DNA of 64,000 nucleotides from an uncultured Planctomycetia bacterium (GTDB lineage Bacteria; Omnitrophota; Gorgyraeia; 2-01-FULL-45-10), in NCBI GenBank assembly GCA_964450115.1, contig CAYVCD010000001.1, positions 8,410 to 72,409 on the forward strand, given 5' to 3'. Below are positions 17,374 to 30,300 of this stretch, piece by piece. The notes beneath the pieces are model-generated. The model searched no databases, was not told the origin of the DNA, and saw nothing but the letters and a program-made list of their open reading frames with translations. The translations under genes were made by a program, and so were the position numbers. Within the stretch, counting starts at the first letter, position 1, and each line of letters starts with the position of its first letter.

Positions 17374-18372
17374 ATGTCTAGAGTGCCACGCATATACATA
17401 GAAAATGCGGTATGTTACATCACCTCCAGAGGTGACCATGAAGGAGCTATATTTAAGGAGGATGGTGACTACAAGGCTTATATGGAGTTATTGAAAAAGA
17501 CAAAAGATCAGTTTAAATTTAAGCTCTTTGCGTTTTGTCTGCTTCCGAATCATGCGCATCTGCTCATTGAGCCTGATGAAGAGAGCACAATATCGCAGAC
17601 GATGCATGGGTTAAGCTCAAATTACACGAAGTATTTTAATGGCAAATATAAGAGTAGCGGACATCTTTTTCAGGAAAGATACAAGATGGCTCTCGTAGAA
17701 AAAGATCCCAATATCGCTAATATGACCGCATATATTAACCTGAATCCAAAAGCCGTGGGAGTCACCTCAGAACCAAAGAGTTATCAGTATTCAAGTTATC
17801 CGTCTTACCTATATTATGGCGGGAGTAAGGGAAGTTTAATTGGCATTCCGGTAATATCGATCGAGAAAGAAGTGCGGGAGGTGTCGACGCACCTTAACGG
17901 AAGAAGATACGAAGATTATGTTAATAGTATATCATCGGAAGTCCTGCAGAATATCGGTAAGGAATTATCCAAAAAACCTATCATAGGATCAGATGAATTC
18001 GTTACAAGAGTAAAGTCAAAGATAGAGAGCGAAAAGCTAAAAGCTGAAACAGAAAAAGCTGGGGCCGGCGCGGTGGCCAGGAACAGTAAGAGATTTATCA
18101 TTGTCTCCGGAATCGTTATCGCTGTATTGGGACTATTGACTTTTTACCTATATTCAAGAACCATTTCTTTTAAGAGCACTCTTAAGAACAGGGAAGTAGA
18201 GCTCAGGCTGGGAGCGGTAAAGGCCAGGGGAGAGATAAAGAAAGATTTGAATGAAAGGTACCATGCTGACATGGTCTCTTATGAAGCGATGACAAAGAGA
18301 CTTGAGATAGAGAAGAAGAGGGCGGTGGAGTTGGAAAATAAATTGAAAGCTGAAGGCGCCCCAAAGATCTGA
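17374..18372 (+). CDS. REP-associated tyrosine transposase (Y1_Tnp/HUH) domain fused to a TM helix and coiled coil
   Basis: ITSRG...IF...D, FCLLPNHAHLL (HUH), GHLFQERY, AYINLNP, YQYSSY; then FIIVSGIVIAVLGLLTFYLY. Confidence 0.85.
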   Translation: MSRVPRIYIENAVCYITSRGDHEGAIFKEDGDYKAYMELLKKTKDQFKFKLFAFCLLPNHAHLLIEPDEESTISQTMHGLSSNYTKYFNGKYKSSGHLFQERYKMALVEKDPNIANMTAYINLNPKAVGVTSEPKSYQYSSYPSYLYYGGSKGSLIGIPVISIEKEVREVSTHLNGRRYEDYVNSISSEVLQNIGKELSKKPIIGSDEFVTRVKSKIESEKLKAETEKAGAGAVARNSKRFIIVSGIVIAVLGLLTFYLYSRTISFKSTLKNREVELRLGAVKARGEIKKDLNERYHADMVSYEAMTKRLEIEKKRAVELENKLKAEGAPKI

Positions 18373-18382
18373 ACGAAAGAAG

Positions 18383-21300
18383 ATGATCTATATGAAAAGC
18401 TTAAAAGGTAATGCTATAGTATCGGGGTGTTTTAAACTCGCGTTTATCGCATTCCTTATGACAGGCCTATGGACCAGCACTACCGCGAGCAACCCGGATT
18501 ACTACGAGTGGACGCAGAACAACTGGAACAGCAGCGCCAATCCGGCAGCGCAGGGTTCCCACCCCGGTAGCCAGACCGGCTGGACCAATTATTTTAGTAA
18601 AGACACGCCCCTTGGCATAGATACTTCCAGCGGCAAGGTGAAGCTAGCAACACTACCGTATACAATTACGAATACGACGCCAACCGATTTTAATTCCACT
18701 GAATTTCAGAATATAGAAAAAGTGAGCGATGGAAATGGAGCGTTGAGGCTCTTACCTACTATTAATGACCCCTTTGCAAATAATGAACTTCGTAAATGGA
18801 GAGCGCTTCCGAGCACTCCTTATTTTAATGCCAATACCAGATTTACGCGTATGGGTGATTATATATACTCCATATTCGTCTCCGGAGACGGCAAGCAGTT
18901 TGGCCGTATAAAAGTAAGCGACATATCGGATCCTGCCATTCTTCCAAAATGGCAATTTTTGACTTCTCTGCCCGTTCCATTAGGCGCCGGCGCGGCGATA
19001 ACCAACGATGGCCAGTATATATTCGTCCTGCGCGGCGGTGGTTCCAACGCGGCTTATTTTTATCTGCCTCCGGAAGGAACTAACCCCGGAACTAATCCAT
19101 TCACCACGGCTGACAATCCAATAACTTTACCTGTGGCAGGAAGCGAGGATCCCGTTCTTGCATGGCCTAAATTCTCTAGTTTGTCTGAAGGTGCCCAGAA
19201 AGGATCGTCGGTGATTCATGTTGGTACGATAGCCGATCGTTTCGCAAAAGTGGCGGATAGAGGACAGTTGTATGCTGTGTCAGGTGGCAATAGAACGGGT
19301 TTTTTTTACTACGACACATTTAACAAGGAATGGAGAAGGTTCACTAATCCGTCAAGAGCGGCTGTGAATGTTGGAGCCACGCTTATCCATAGAGGCGGCG
19401 ATTCTGTTTATCTGGTATTTGGAGACGGCTATAATGGCCGTATAGATAGATTTAGCAGAAGTTCTGGGACATGGTCTAATGCCTCCAGTAATACGTTTTT
19501 TCCCAAAGATCCGAATTTAATTTCTTTTCCGACTCTATGGGAAGGCTCTGTCTGCTCGTATCCCGGCTCAGGAGATTACGTATATGCGGCATTCTGTTAT
19601 TATACCTATATGCAGCCCTATAGATCGGGCGCCAATCACACGCTCCGGGGATTTTTTAGGTTCGGGCCGCTATCCGACCCAAATCCTACCTGGCAAAGAC
19701 TTGATGATGCGCCTGCCTGGATAGAGACTACTGCTTCGATCATCTATGACCCCGGTGCAGGAACAGGCGCTGAAGGAAATAAGTTGCATCTCTTTTCCGG
19801 TAGGAATTATACCCGGCCCTGGGTATACAAAACAGATAATCCGGACCCCTCTCAAAACCATTGGGAAACAATGTCTATGCCCTTAACTTATACAACCAAC
19901 AGCTCGATGGTCTACGTAAAAGCGGATACTTATACGGGAAATAAGGATTATATGTATATGGTCGTCAGAAACACATGGTTTCTCCGCTACGATGTTGCAG
20001 CGAATAAGTGGGATCTACTGGCATATCTACCAGAGACTGCCGGAGATCATCCCGGTAATCGCCTTACCTACTTGAATGGATATATTTATTACCTGGCGGG
20101 AAATAACAGTGCTGATCCGCTAGATGGATATAAGAGCGGATTTTACAGATATAGGGTATCTCAGACGTTGAATGGAAGCGACTCATGGGATCCAAAAACC
20201 GTCCTTCCGCAATTCCCAAGAGTGGATTTAAATACGAGCGATGCCATATTTAATAATGTAAATGCAGGCTCGGGCATTATAGGCATATCGCAGGGCGGTA
20301 GGAATTTTATATACGGCATCAGAAGTTCATCAAGCAGCTATTTTTATGCGATGGAAATTGGTGCCGACAATGCTCCCGTAGGAGGCTGGATTACCATGCC
20401 CAGCACAAGGGATAAATATAACAATTTAACCACTTTTAATACAACAAATTTGGTATACCCGGGTTATCCGGAAGACGGCGGTCAGCATACCTACATATAT
20501 GCCATCACGTACTTCAATACCGTAAGTGTCAGAAGCGGTTATTGTATATATAAGTATGGACCTATCGAACACGACACTGATACGGATCCCTCTACCGCCG
20601 CGCAATGGACCGAACTTTCGGCTACCTATCCTCACGATGTTACCACCGGACATAACATGTCCATCGCGTATCCTGGCACAGGCCAATATCTATACACAAC
20701 TACCGGTACATCAGATACATCGCTTGGCAGGTATAACATGCCTACAGGTGAATGGACCAAGCTCGATACTGTAGTACCCGTTGCCTATGAATATTACAGC
20801 CATGCTGTCGGAGGCAATAACAGCGTATACTTAACGACATATTATTCACAAAATAGTTTTTACCGTTATGATGTGACTTCGGGAAGGTGGGATGATCTGC
20901 CGATGGATCAGGGCGGTTTCTATTTCGAGGCCGGCAATGCGGTCAAGGACTCAAATAACAATGTATATTTTGTGGGGGGTAGGTCAGGTGATAATATATC
21001 CTCACATCTCTGGATATACAGTACTTCGCTAAAGAAGTGGGTTGGGCTTATGCGGGCGCCATTTCATTTGTCCAGAGGGACTAAAGCCGAATATTTGAGT
21101 GGTAAGGACAACTCTATAAATTCAATCTATGTAACAGAGGGTAGGCAGTCGAATCGGTTCTGCAAGTATAATATCACAAATGACGCTTGGAGTTTTTGCA
21201 AGCCTATTAAAACGGCTGTTACTACCGGCAGCCAGATAACTACCGATGGTATAAGCAAGATATACTTTGTGGCCGGAGGTGATGCTATCGGTAAGACAGT

Positions 21301-24300
21301 ATGGATCTACAATGCGCTTCAGGATGATGGCCAGGCGGATCCCTGGGGTGAGTTTCGCGAAAGCCTTAAGTTGCCATTTGCCTCTACCGTCACCGCGGAC
21401 TTGATGGAATATGCTCAAGGTAATCTATATTTAGTGGCGCAAAACAGTAACACCTTCTATAAGTATCAAGTTGACGGTCAGTTGTCAGGGTGGGACTCAA
21501 CAAGCCTTAGGCCTGTAGGCGATTCCGGCTCAGGAAGCACCATAGTGCCGAGCGGCGGAATATGCCTTTATTATCCCGGCGCGGGATCAAAGCTATACTG
21601 TATACCAAGAGATGGATTTAGCGATTTTCTATCCTATGATATAGGTACCGACCTATGGAGCCCTTTAAAAGAGATGCCCTGGATACCATCTGCCGGAGTG
21701 TCGGCTATAATTGACGCCGGCGAAAGTTGGGTCTATACGTATAACTCAGCCTGGCGCGACATTCTGATACGGTATGATAAGACCGATAATATTTGGGACG
21801 CCATACCTTCCATGCCCGCTGCGCTAAAAGGGAACTCTGCGTTATGTGCATACAAAGGATATGTATATATTCTTAACGGAGGCGCCGGAGACGGTTCCTT
21901 TTCCCGCTATAATACAGAAGGAGAGGTATGGGAACAGCTTCAGTCACCCTATTCTGCAAACTCATCGTTCACATTTCCGAACCAGGGTATATTTGCGCTT
22001 CCGGTAGAAAATCCTTATGATGGAAAAGCGTATATATATTTTACAGAGGGGTATGGCCTCAGCCGGTTTTTCAGATATAGTATAAACGACAACACATGGC
22101 AGACAGTGACAGCTCCGCCCGGAGGAACGACTTGGAAATACGGCAACAGTATGACTCAGGTGGGAAATTACCTCTATATTGTTGATGGCAATGGTACGAA
22201 TTTTTGGAAGTATCGTCTTGATGACTTCTACGACATGTCGTTTTCTGTTCCTCTTCCCGAGTCCGTAGGCAGGGGCGCCAGCGTCGCCTATAGCAGCTAC
22301 GATGGCCGCGTCTATTTCTTCTCCGGCGCCAGATTCTCTTATTTTTATAAATGGCTGCCGGGCGCAACGGGATGGACCCCATTAGCGAGCTGCCCCGTGT
22401 CGGTCAATGACAGCCAATCTAACCTGCTTTATCCCGGATTTGGAAAGTACCTCTATTACATACAAGGCTCATCATATGGGTATAGCGACCCTTCATCCGT
22501 TTTCCTTAGGTATAGTATGGACCCGACGACACCGGCCTCGGACAGATGGACCGAGCTTACTCCCTCTTCTTTCGGCATATATGTGCCGGGCACATTGCTT
22601 TATGCGGGAGGTCAAAATTTTTATGTTGCAAAAGGATATGATAGCGTTTTCTTGAGCAAATATTCCGCATTCTGCTTCGGTGATTATGTTTCTAAGCCGA
22701 TAGAAGTGGGAAGGCATTGCAAATGGGGCACGATAAGCTGGGATAGCATAGGGAGCGGATCGGTGGGAGTGAGCGCAAGAACAGGTAGCAAACTGCTTAA
22801 CGCTAATCTTACCGATGCTCTTGACTGGGGGCAAGTCACGAGCGTTGGAAACGGACAGAATCTATCCGATCCTTCAAGGCCGTTATCAAGCATCAAAGAC
22901 ACAGATAAATATATACAATATCGGGTAGATTTTTCCACGGATGAAACTGGCGTTGGGGTGATAATGCCTCGACTGGATGAGATAAGGATAAATTGGGAGA
23001 AATATGCCTCAGAAAAGACCCTCGTCTCGTCGCCATACAACACAGGGTGGGATAAAAACAGATTAAGAAAATTGATGTGGAATAATGCGGGCGCTCTTAT
23101 GAATCCTACAGGCAGCGAAATACGTTTTCAACTGCGTACATCAGCAAATGGCAGTGCGTGGAGCGACTGGCTGGGACCGCTCGGTACAAGGATGTCAACC
23201 TACGCCTTAAGCGATGATAGCTTATACGTGCGCTCCGGAGACATAAAGCAGCTTAATGCATCCGATAGCTGCGCCTCTCTTTATTATGAATTGGAGAATT
23301 TCAACTTCTGGCAGGATGTCGCCATAAGCAATAATGGACCCAGCAGCATAGCGGCGGGTCAGGTAGCTCTGATAGACATAAACAGTTCCGCGACGCATTT
23401 TTGGAATAATGTAGCTTCATCTGGCCAGGATATTAGATTTTTTGACGGAACGAACAAGATGTCATATTTTCTGGCAAAGTTTGATAATCAAAGTGATATC
23501 GCGCAGATAGCCGTAAAACTAAATAGTGCCATAGCGCCAGGCGCTACCATGCATGTATATATGTTTTACGGAAACGCTAGGGCGTTCTCTGAAAGTAACG
23601 ATATAATCAGAAATCTTACTGCTATTAAAACCGATCCGAGCATAAGTAATATAGGATGGTGGGATTGCGACCAGAGGATGGTCGCCTCATCGGCCTATTA
23701 CACTCCTGACTCATCAGGCATGGGCACTCGACTATATATGAGAAAGAACATTGTGGTCAAGTCTGGTGAGGGTGTGTCCGGCGGTAATGCATTTTATATG
23801 GATGGCGCAAGCGGTTACATGACAACATATCGGGTATCGAGTTCTTTCAGCTATAAAGGGCTAGACAGGACATTCTCTCTATGGATAAAGCCGGAAGTGG
23901 ATCCCTCCGGATCGTGCTTACTATCCAGCTATCCCATCAATGGATACAATTACAGGATACAGTTAAATTCGGCCAGGGAGATGACTATCTATATTTCAAA
24001 TTCAACACCCGGCACGGCATTTAAAGACTTTTCAGTAAAAGCCAATGCAAAAATTCCGGCAGATAGTAGTTGGCATAATATAGTATGGGTCTTGAAAGGC
24101 AAAAATGGAGCAATAACAGGAGCTGTCAATAACGGTGCCGGCAAGGTTCGATATACCACTTCTTCCCCCCACAGCTTAACGCCTTTTACGCCTATTTCTG
24201 TATTCGCAATGGGCGAGCCAACTTATAATACGCTGCAAACAATAACAAGCGTTCCGGATGCAACGCATTTTGATACCGCTATTGACTATGTTGCCAATGC

Positions 24301-27300
24301 AGATGTAACCGGCACTTATTGCGCCGGGGGAACGACATCTCTCTATTTAGACGGCACCCTTGTCGGCGGGCCATTTACGCACTATATTACAGATTGGAGT
24401 TATGTCGACACTTCTTTCCCCAGTGGCACTAACTATATATTCGGTAGCTATACGGACTATGATAATTCTGACAGAAGCTGGCTCTACAAGGGGTATGTCG
24501 ATAATCTATCATTTTATAATTATGCCTTTGACGAAACGTTGGCAAAATGTATGTATGCCGGAGCAAATCGAAATCTGGCCACCGTATTTTCCGGCGGTTA
24601 TACAGACAATACGGGCGCGAATCTTAAGAATACCGGAAAATTTTATACTACCAATCCCACCATAGAGCCTATTTACGGCGTCTTCTATAATTACGGTGAT
24701 GGCGATACGCTGGCGTCGTTTGTGCAGGATCCCAGCGTAAATGCACTCGGCACGAGCATAAAGTACCAAGTTTCTCCGGACGGATATAACTGGTATTGGT
24801 GGGATAGTACAGCACCTGCCGGCGGAGCCTGGGTTATTGCTTCGGGAGGGACATCACAGGCAAACGTCTATACCGAGATAAATGCTAATCTCTCGACGTT
24901 CAGGAACATAAATCTTCCCACCGGAGTTTCTGCCGCATCGGGCGATTTTTACTGGCGCGCTTATCTTATGTCCACAGACGGCGGCACGAGCAATCCTCAG
25001 CTTAGGAATGTAACGATCAACGTTACGAATGGCGCCAGCTCCTACTATACCGATCCGGCGGGCTTAAAAAATATAAATATTGAGAACGAGAATTGCGTTG
25101 CGGACAGGTGGATACAGTACAAGGCTATTCTCTATTCGGATGGGGAAAATACCCCCACACTCAACGACGTTGTATTGAGGTACATCGAGCCGTATATTAC
25201 AATAGGATCGCCCTCTGGCGGTGAAACATGGGTAGCCGCCACTACAGAAAATATAACATGGACGTCCCATGGCCTCGAGGCTACAAAAGCGGCCCCTGCC
25301 ACTCACGGAGTTCAGCTTAAATATTCTATCGATAACGGGGTCAGCTGGGTAAGCCCCGCCATCACCAATGATGCTCCCAATAGTAATACTCTCCCATGGA
25401 ATATACCATTTGATCCGTCTCCGCAGGCTCGCGTCAGCATCGCTTCCAGCGATTACCCTGTAATAACCGCCACGTCTCCGGGCTCTTTCAGAATATTGGG
25501 TATTATACTTAATCTACCCAATGGCGGGGAGATATGGGAGAGAGGGTCTCTGCATTCTATTGAATACAGAACGTCAGGTTATGGGAGCCCAAGCACCAAA
25601 TTAAAATTACAACTATCAAATGACGGCGGGCTCAGCTATAACACTACCCTGGCGCAGGAACAGACCGACGCGCCGCCATGGCAGATCCCATGGAGAATCA
25701 ATCAGTCCGCATCAGACAACATTAAGCTTAGAATATACGATGCAAATCCTGTTTTCTGCACACCATCGATAAGGATAGTTGATGAAAGTAACAGCTTATT
25801 CAGCATAGTAGAACCTCCCAAAATAATAATAGACAGAGTGATGAAGGTTCCGGAGGAGGAAGTTATCGACGGAAAGATGATAGCAGGAAAAAGATATAGA
25901 ATAGAATGGCATACCACATCACAACACTTCGCCGAAAATTTTATACTCGAGTACTCCAAGGACAATTTTGCGACACCCGGCATTTCTATTGGCACGGCCG
26001 CATCCGGCGTGTCGGGCGGAGTATTTCCTGCTCCCGCATCGCAACTTCAGTGCAATTATGTATGGCTGGTAATTCCCTATGACATAGCGGATATCAAATT
26101 AAAGATAAGAGAAGATCCTGCTACTGTGCCGTCTCAGAGAGACACACCGGCCCCGCAAGAAGCGACAATAGCTTTGAGTATTATAGAGCCGTATTTTACT
26201 ATTGTAAGGCCCAATGCAGGCGAAATATTTGTCAGTGGTGACAAAGAAAAAATTACTTGGACCACGACTGGTAGTGTCACAGGGCCGTTTAAACTTGAAT
26301 ATTGCACAGATTATAACGAAGTCGATCCGGGCGCATCCAGCTGGATGACTATTGAGACAAATACTGCATATCCATACTTGCCCGGAAGCATACCGCCCGA
26401 TGTGCGTGAATATATATGGCCGGTACCTATTGTCACGCAGGACAAAGAAAATTGTCGCATCAGGATCACTGATATCAGTACTAATACGATAACTGATATG
26501 TCTGATGTCAGCTTTAAGATTATTTCGCATGAAAAGATAGCTATAACGACTCCTGATGGAGGCGAAGAATGGGTTATGGGAGTGCCTTACAATATAACAT
26601 GGGGTGCAAACGGCCAGAGCGTTCTTAGTAAACAGTCACCTGTCTATGTTTATCTGTATTATTCCACAGATGATGGGAAGACATACAATGAAATACCGGA
26701 GATCGGTCCACAGGTTGCATGGAAAGAGTCGTGCGAATGGACACCGGAATTACCCGTTTCTACTACGAAAGCTAAAATAAAAATAGAGGCTCTTGATTTG
26801 AATGCTCATCCGTATCTTGTGGATGCGTCTGAGGGAGTCTTCAGTATAAAAGATCCCAGCATAAGCCGCATATGGTTGGAGCATGACGGAACAGAGGTAG
26901 CGTCGGCTTATGCTACCGGTAATTACGATATAAGATGGGAGAGCTATGGCGCTGTAAGCAATAATATTAAGATTGAGTATAGGCTCAATGGCGCCGCATG
27001 GCAAACATTAACAGCATCTACGACAACACAGGAAGGCAGCGCCAGGCTAAAGCCGTGGGAGATCCCTAAGTCCGACGGAGCGCTGCTGGAATTTAAAATG
27101 ACAGATAATAACAGGGCGTCTGTTGTAAAAATATCGGACGTATTCAGCATAACAAAACCTGTTATTAACATAACTGCGCCTGCCGCTGATTTCCCATGGG
27201 TAGTAGGATTATCCGGTACGGTGAGCTGGACCACTCAAGGTGGGGATTTCCAGGCCATCAAAAGATTAAAAGTGCAGTGCATTGCCGATGCCACCCATAC

Positions 27301-30300
27301 TTACGATATAGGCGAGATCACTACGGGATTAGAAGCTAACGCAGGCAGCTTTGATTGGACGCTGCCGGCAAATGCGCCATTGTCGACCGCCGTGAATAAG
27401 GCAACTATAAAGATATTCGATCCGGATCCAAGCGGAAGCGGCGTTACCGCTACGCTGCAGTTCAATATAAAGGAGCCTTCGCTGATAGTAGATGTGCCTA
27501 CTCAAGCCGATTCATGGAGGATCGGAAGCCAGAATAAGACTATCTCCTGGCATCGCCTCGGCATGGTCACCTATCCTATACATATATACTGCAGGACGCA
27601 GGACGGCGCGGAACACCTCCTGGCGGACATAGGCGATACCAACGTATCTGCATCATGGAACTGGACGAGCGTGGATTTCCCGGGAATCATTCCCGGAACC
27701 TCTTACATTGTAATACGGGATTCGACCGTGCCGGTGCCGATCGTTACAAAATTTGATACGGAAAGAAACGGACTATTTACGATAGAAGCGCCGAGGATAA
27801 AGATACTGGGTCCCGGCGATCCTAAAAAAATAGATAATAGCACCGATAATCCTAATTACGGGCAACAGTGGACTACCACGGATAGCAGGGGCGTTGAATG
27901 GGAATGCGACGGCATGATGGACGGACCGCTATTTAAAGTCGAATGGTCCAGAAGCGTCGGGGAGACGGTGGCGGCAAGCGGTACCATAGCAGAAGGCATT
28001 AATTCCGAGTCGCGTCTTGCGCTTTGGAGTGATATCCCTCAGGAGGCGGTCGGTCCGAATGTGCGGTTAAAGATCACGAACACAGGCTCCGCCTATGGAA
28101 CGTTCGCTCAGTCCGCGCCGTTTACGGTATTTCCAGTGCCGGAATTTTTAACCCTTACAGCGCTTGATCCTGTTACGGACGCGTCTACTAATACGGTACG
28201 AATAGGAAATACCTATAAAGTGAAATGGACGCGTAATGTTGCCGCATTCAGCAATGCGCTGGAGCTATCATTTGCCCTTACCGGAAGCCCGGCAATGTCG
28301 GATTGGCGGCCCATAACAGAAACTCCTGTGGCAAGGGACCTGGAATATTATACGTGGACCATTCCTCATACGGATATGATGCCTTATGCGGGCGCAAAAC
28401 TCAGAATATATGATACCGCATCATGGAAAAGCTCTTCCGCGGCGCACACAGAAAAAATAGTATCAGTGGATATAGGTCGTCCGGTCTTTAATAATATCAA
28501 ACTGCTAAAGCCGGGTAGCGCGCAGGCCGTAAACTGCATTGCCCTGGCGGAGGTTGCGGATATCAGGTGGGGTTGGGATGGATATATCAGCGAAGACAAC
28601 AACTCCGTTTCGATAAAGCTGATAGAAGACCTTAATGACAACGGAAAGATAGATATTAACGAATACAGTGCGCAGATAGGGACCTCTTCCAACACAGGCA
28701 GTTATAACGGTTGGATAGTGCCGGTGAATGCGCCTGCAACAAATAAAGCCAGGATAGTGCTGCAGGACATCTTCGCAAATTACGGACTAGGGAATGAGGT
28801 TATTGATGCGTCCGAGAAGTTTACTATTATTAACCAGCCCGAGATAACGCTTGTCACTCCCAATGGCGGGCAGGACTATATTATAGGAACAGACAAGATA
28901 AGCTTTGAGTGGACTTCCAGGGGAATATCCGTAGATGAGGTCAAGATAGAGCTGTCTTCGGATGATTTTAACCCTGCTTCGACTCCATACTTGGTAACAG
29001 ATGCCGCTCATCCCGATGGCAAATTCCCCAATACGGGAGAATTGCGCGATTGGTTAATACAGCAGGATTCCGCCGCGGGCAGTCATGTAAAGGCCCGCAT
29101 AAGCATGGTCGGCAGAGAGTCTGAGATATTCGATGTTTCAAATAACTCTTTCCGTATAAGAAGCGGATTTATAGTAAAGACTCCGGCTTTGAATGAGAAA
29201 TGGGCAACTAATGAAATTAAAGATATTACATGGGACACAAAAGGCGCGATACAAAAAGTGAGCTTGTTCTATAGTATCGATAATGGGATGAATTTTAACC
29301 CTATTCCCGGGGCCAAGAACATAGATAATACCGGATCATTCTCATGGAGAGTGCCTAACGAGAGAACGGATATCAACGTTACAAAGGCCCAGATAATGGT
29401 CAAAGATGCCGGCGATACGGAAGGCATAATACAGAATAAGTCCGAACCTTTCGATATAATCTGGTACAAGATCAAGTTCTATATAATCGATAAGGACACC
29501 TACAGCCCCATAGGAAATCTGATAGTGAGGAGCAAGGATGATACCGCGCTGTACTATCCGGGATGGAACGTTCCCATTGATTTGGTGAGCGCGCAGGAAA
29601 ATGACTATCTTTCGTCTCCCATAAGCTATGAATTCCCCGCCGGTACATTTGTCGTTACCTGGTCTACGAGGCCGGATGCTTCCGGGAAATCGCCGTATTT
29701 CGACAGAGGCGTAGAGGTCAAATCGAATGTTGAAAATTCGAGAAAGGGCATCCTTGTTGAACTGGAAAGCGTCATCTCTGCTCAGATAGAATGGCACGTT
29801 ATTCTTACAAACTCCTATGTTGCCCAAAGCGATACGTTAAGCGCGACTGCCTGGATAGAGCGCCGGGGAAAATTGCAGGAGCCTATACCTATGGATACCT
29901 CAGAACCGCCGGACGGCATACCGGATACGCTTGATAAGAGTAATTTTAAGTCCTGCGAACTGAAGGTATACGACTATGATACCGATACCAACACGCCTCT
30001 CAAAGTCTTTACCGACGTTCTTCCGGACGATAAGGGATTGTATAAATTTGTCTGGAACCCTACGGGCCTCCAGGAGGGTAAGACATATTTTGTCAGGGCT
30101 ACTATAACATATGGCGTCAGCAGCACTCCTTACACATCGGGAGGCACTTTCGACATAAGCGTGACAAAGGCGCAGTCGCAGATGATAACAGAGCATGCCG
30201 AACAGAAGACGCTTTTGGAGACTATAACCGGGCAGGCTGCCGTTATACAGACGGCCGTTACGACTACCATCCCGCAAAAGATAGACGAAGCAACAAGCAT

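Noticed and set aside
17374-18372. Active IS200/IS605 insertion sequence
   Set aside because: No tnpB and no subterminal IS hairpins at both ends; the gene is fused to a TM segment and integrated in an operon.
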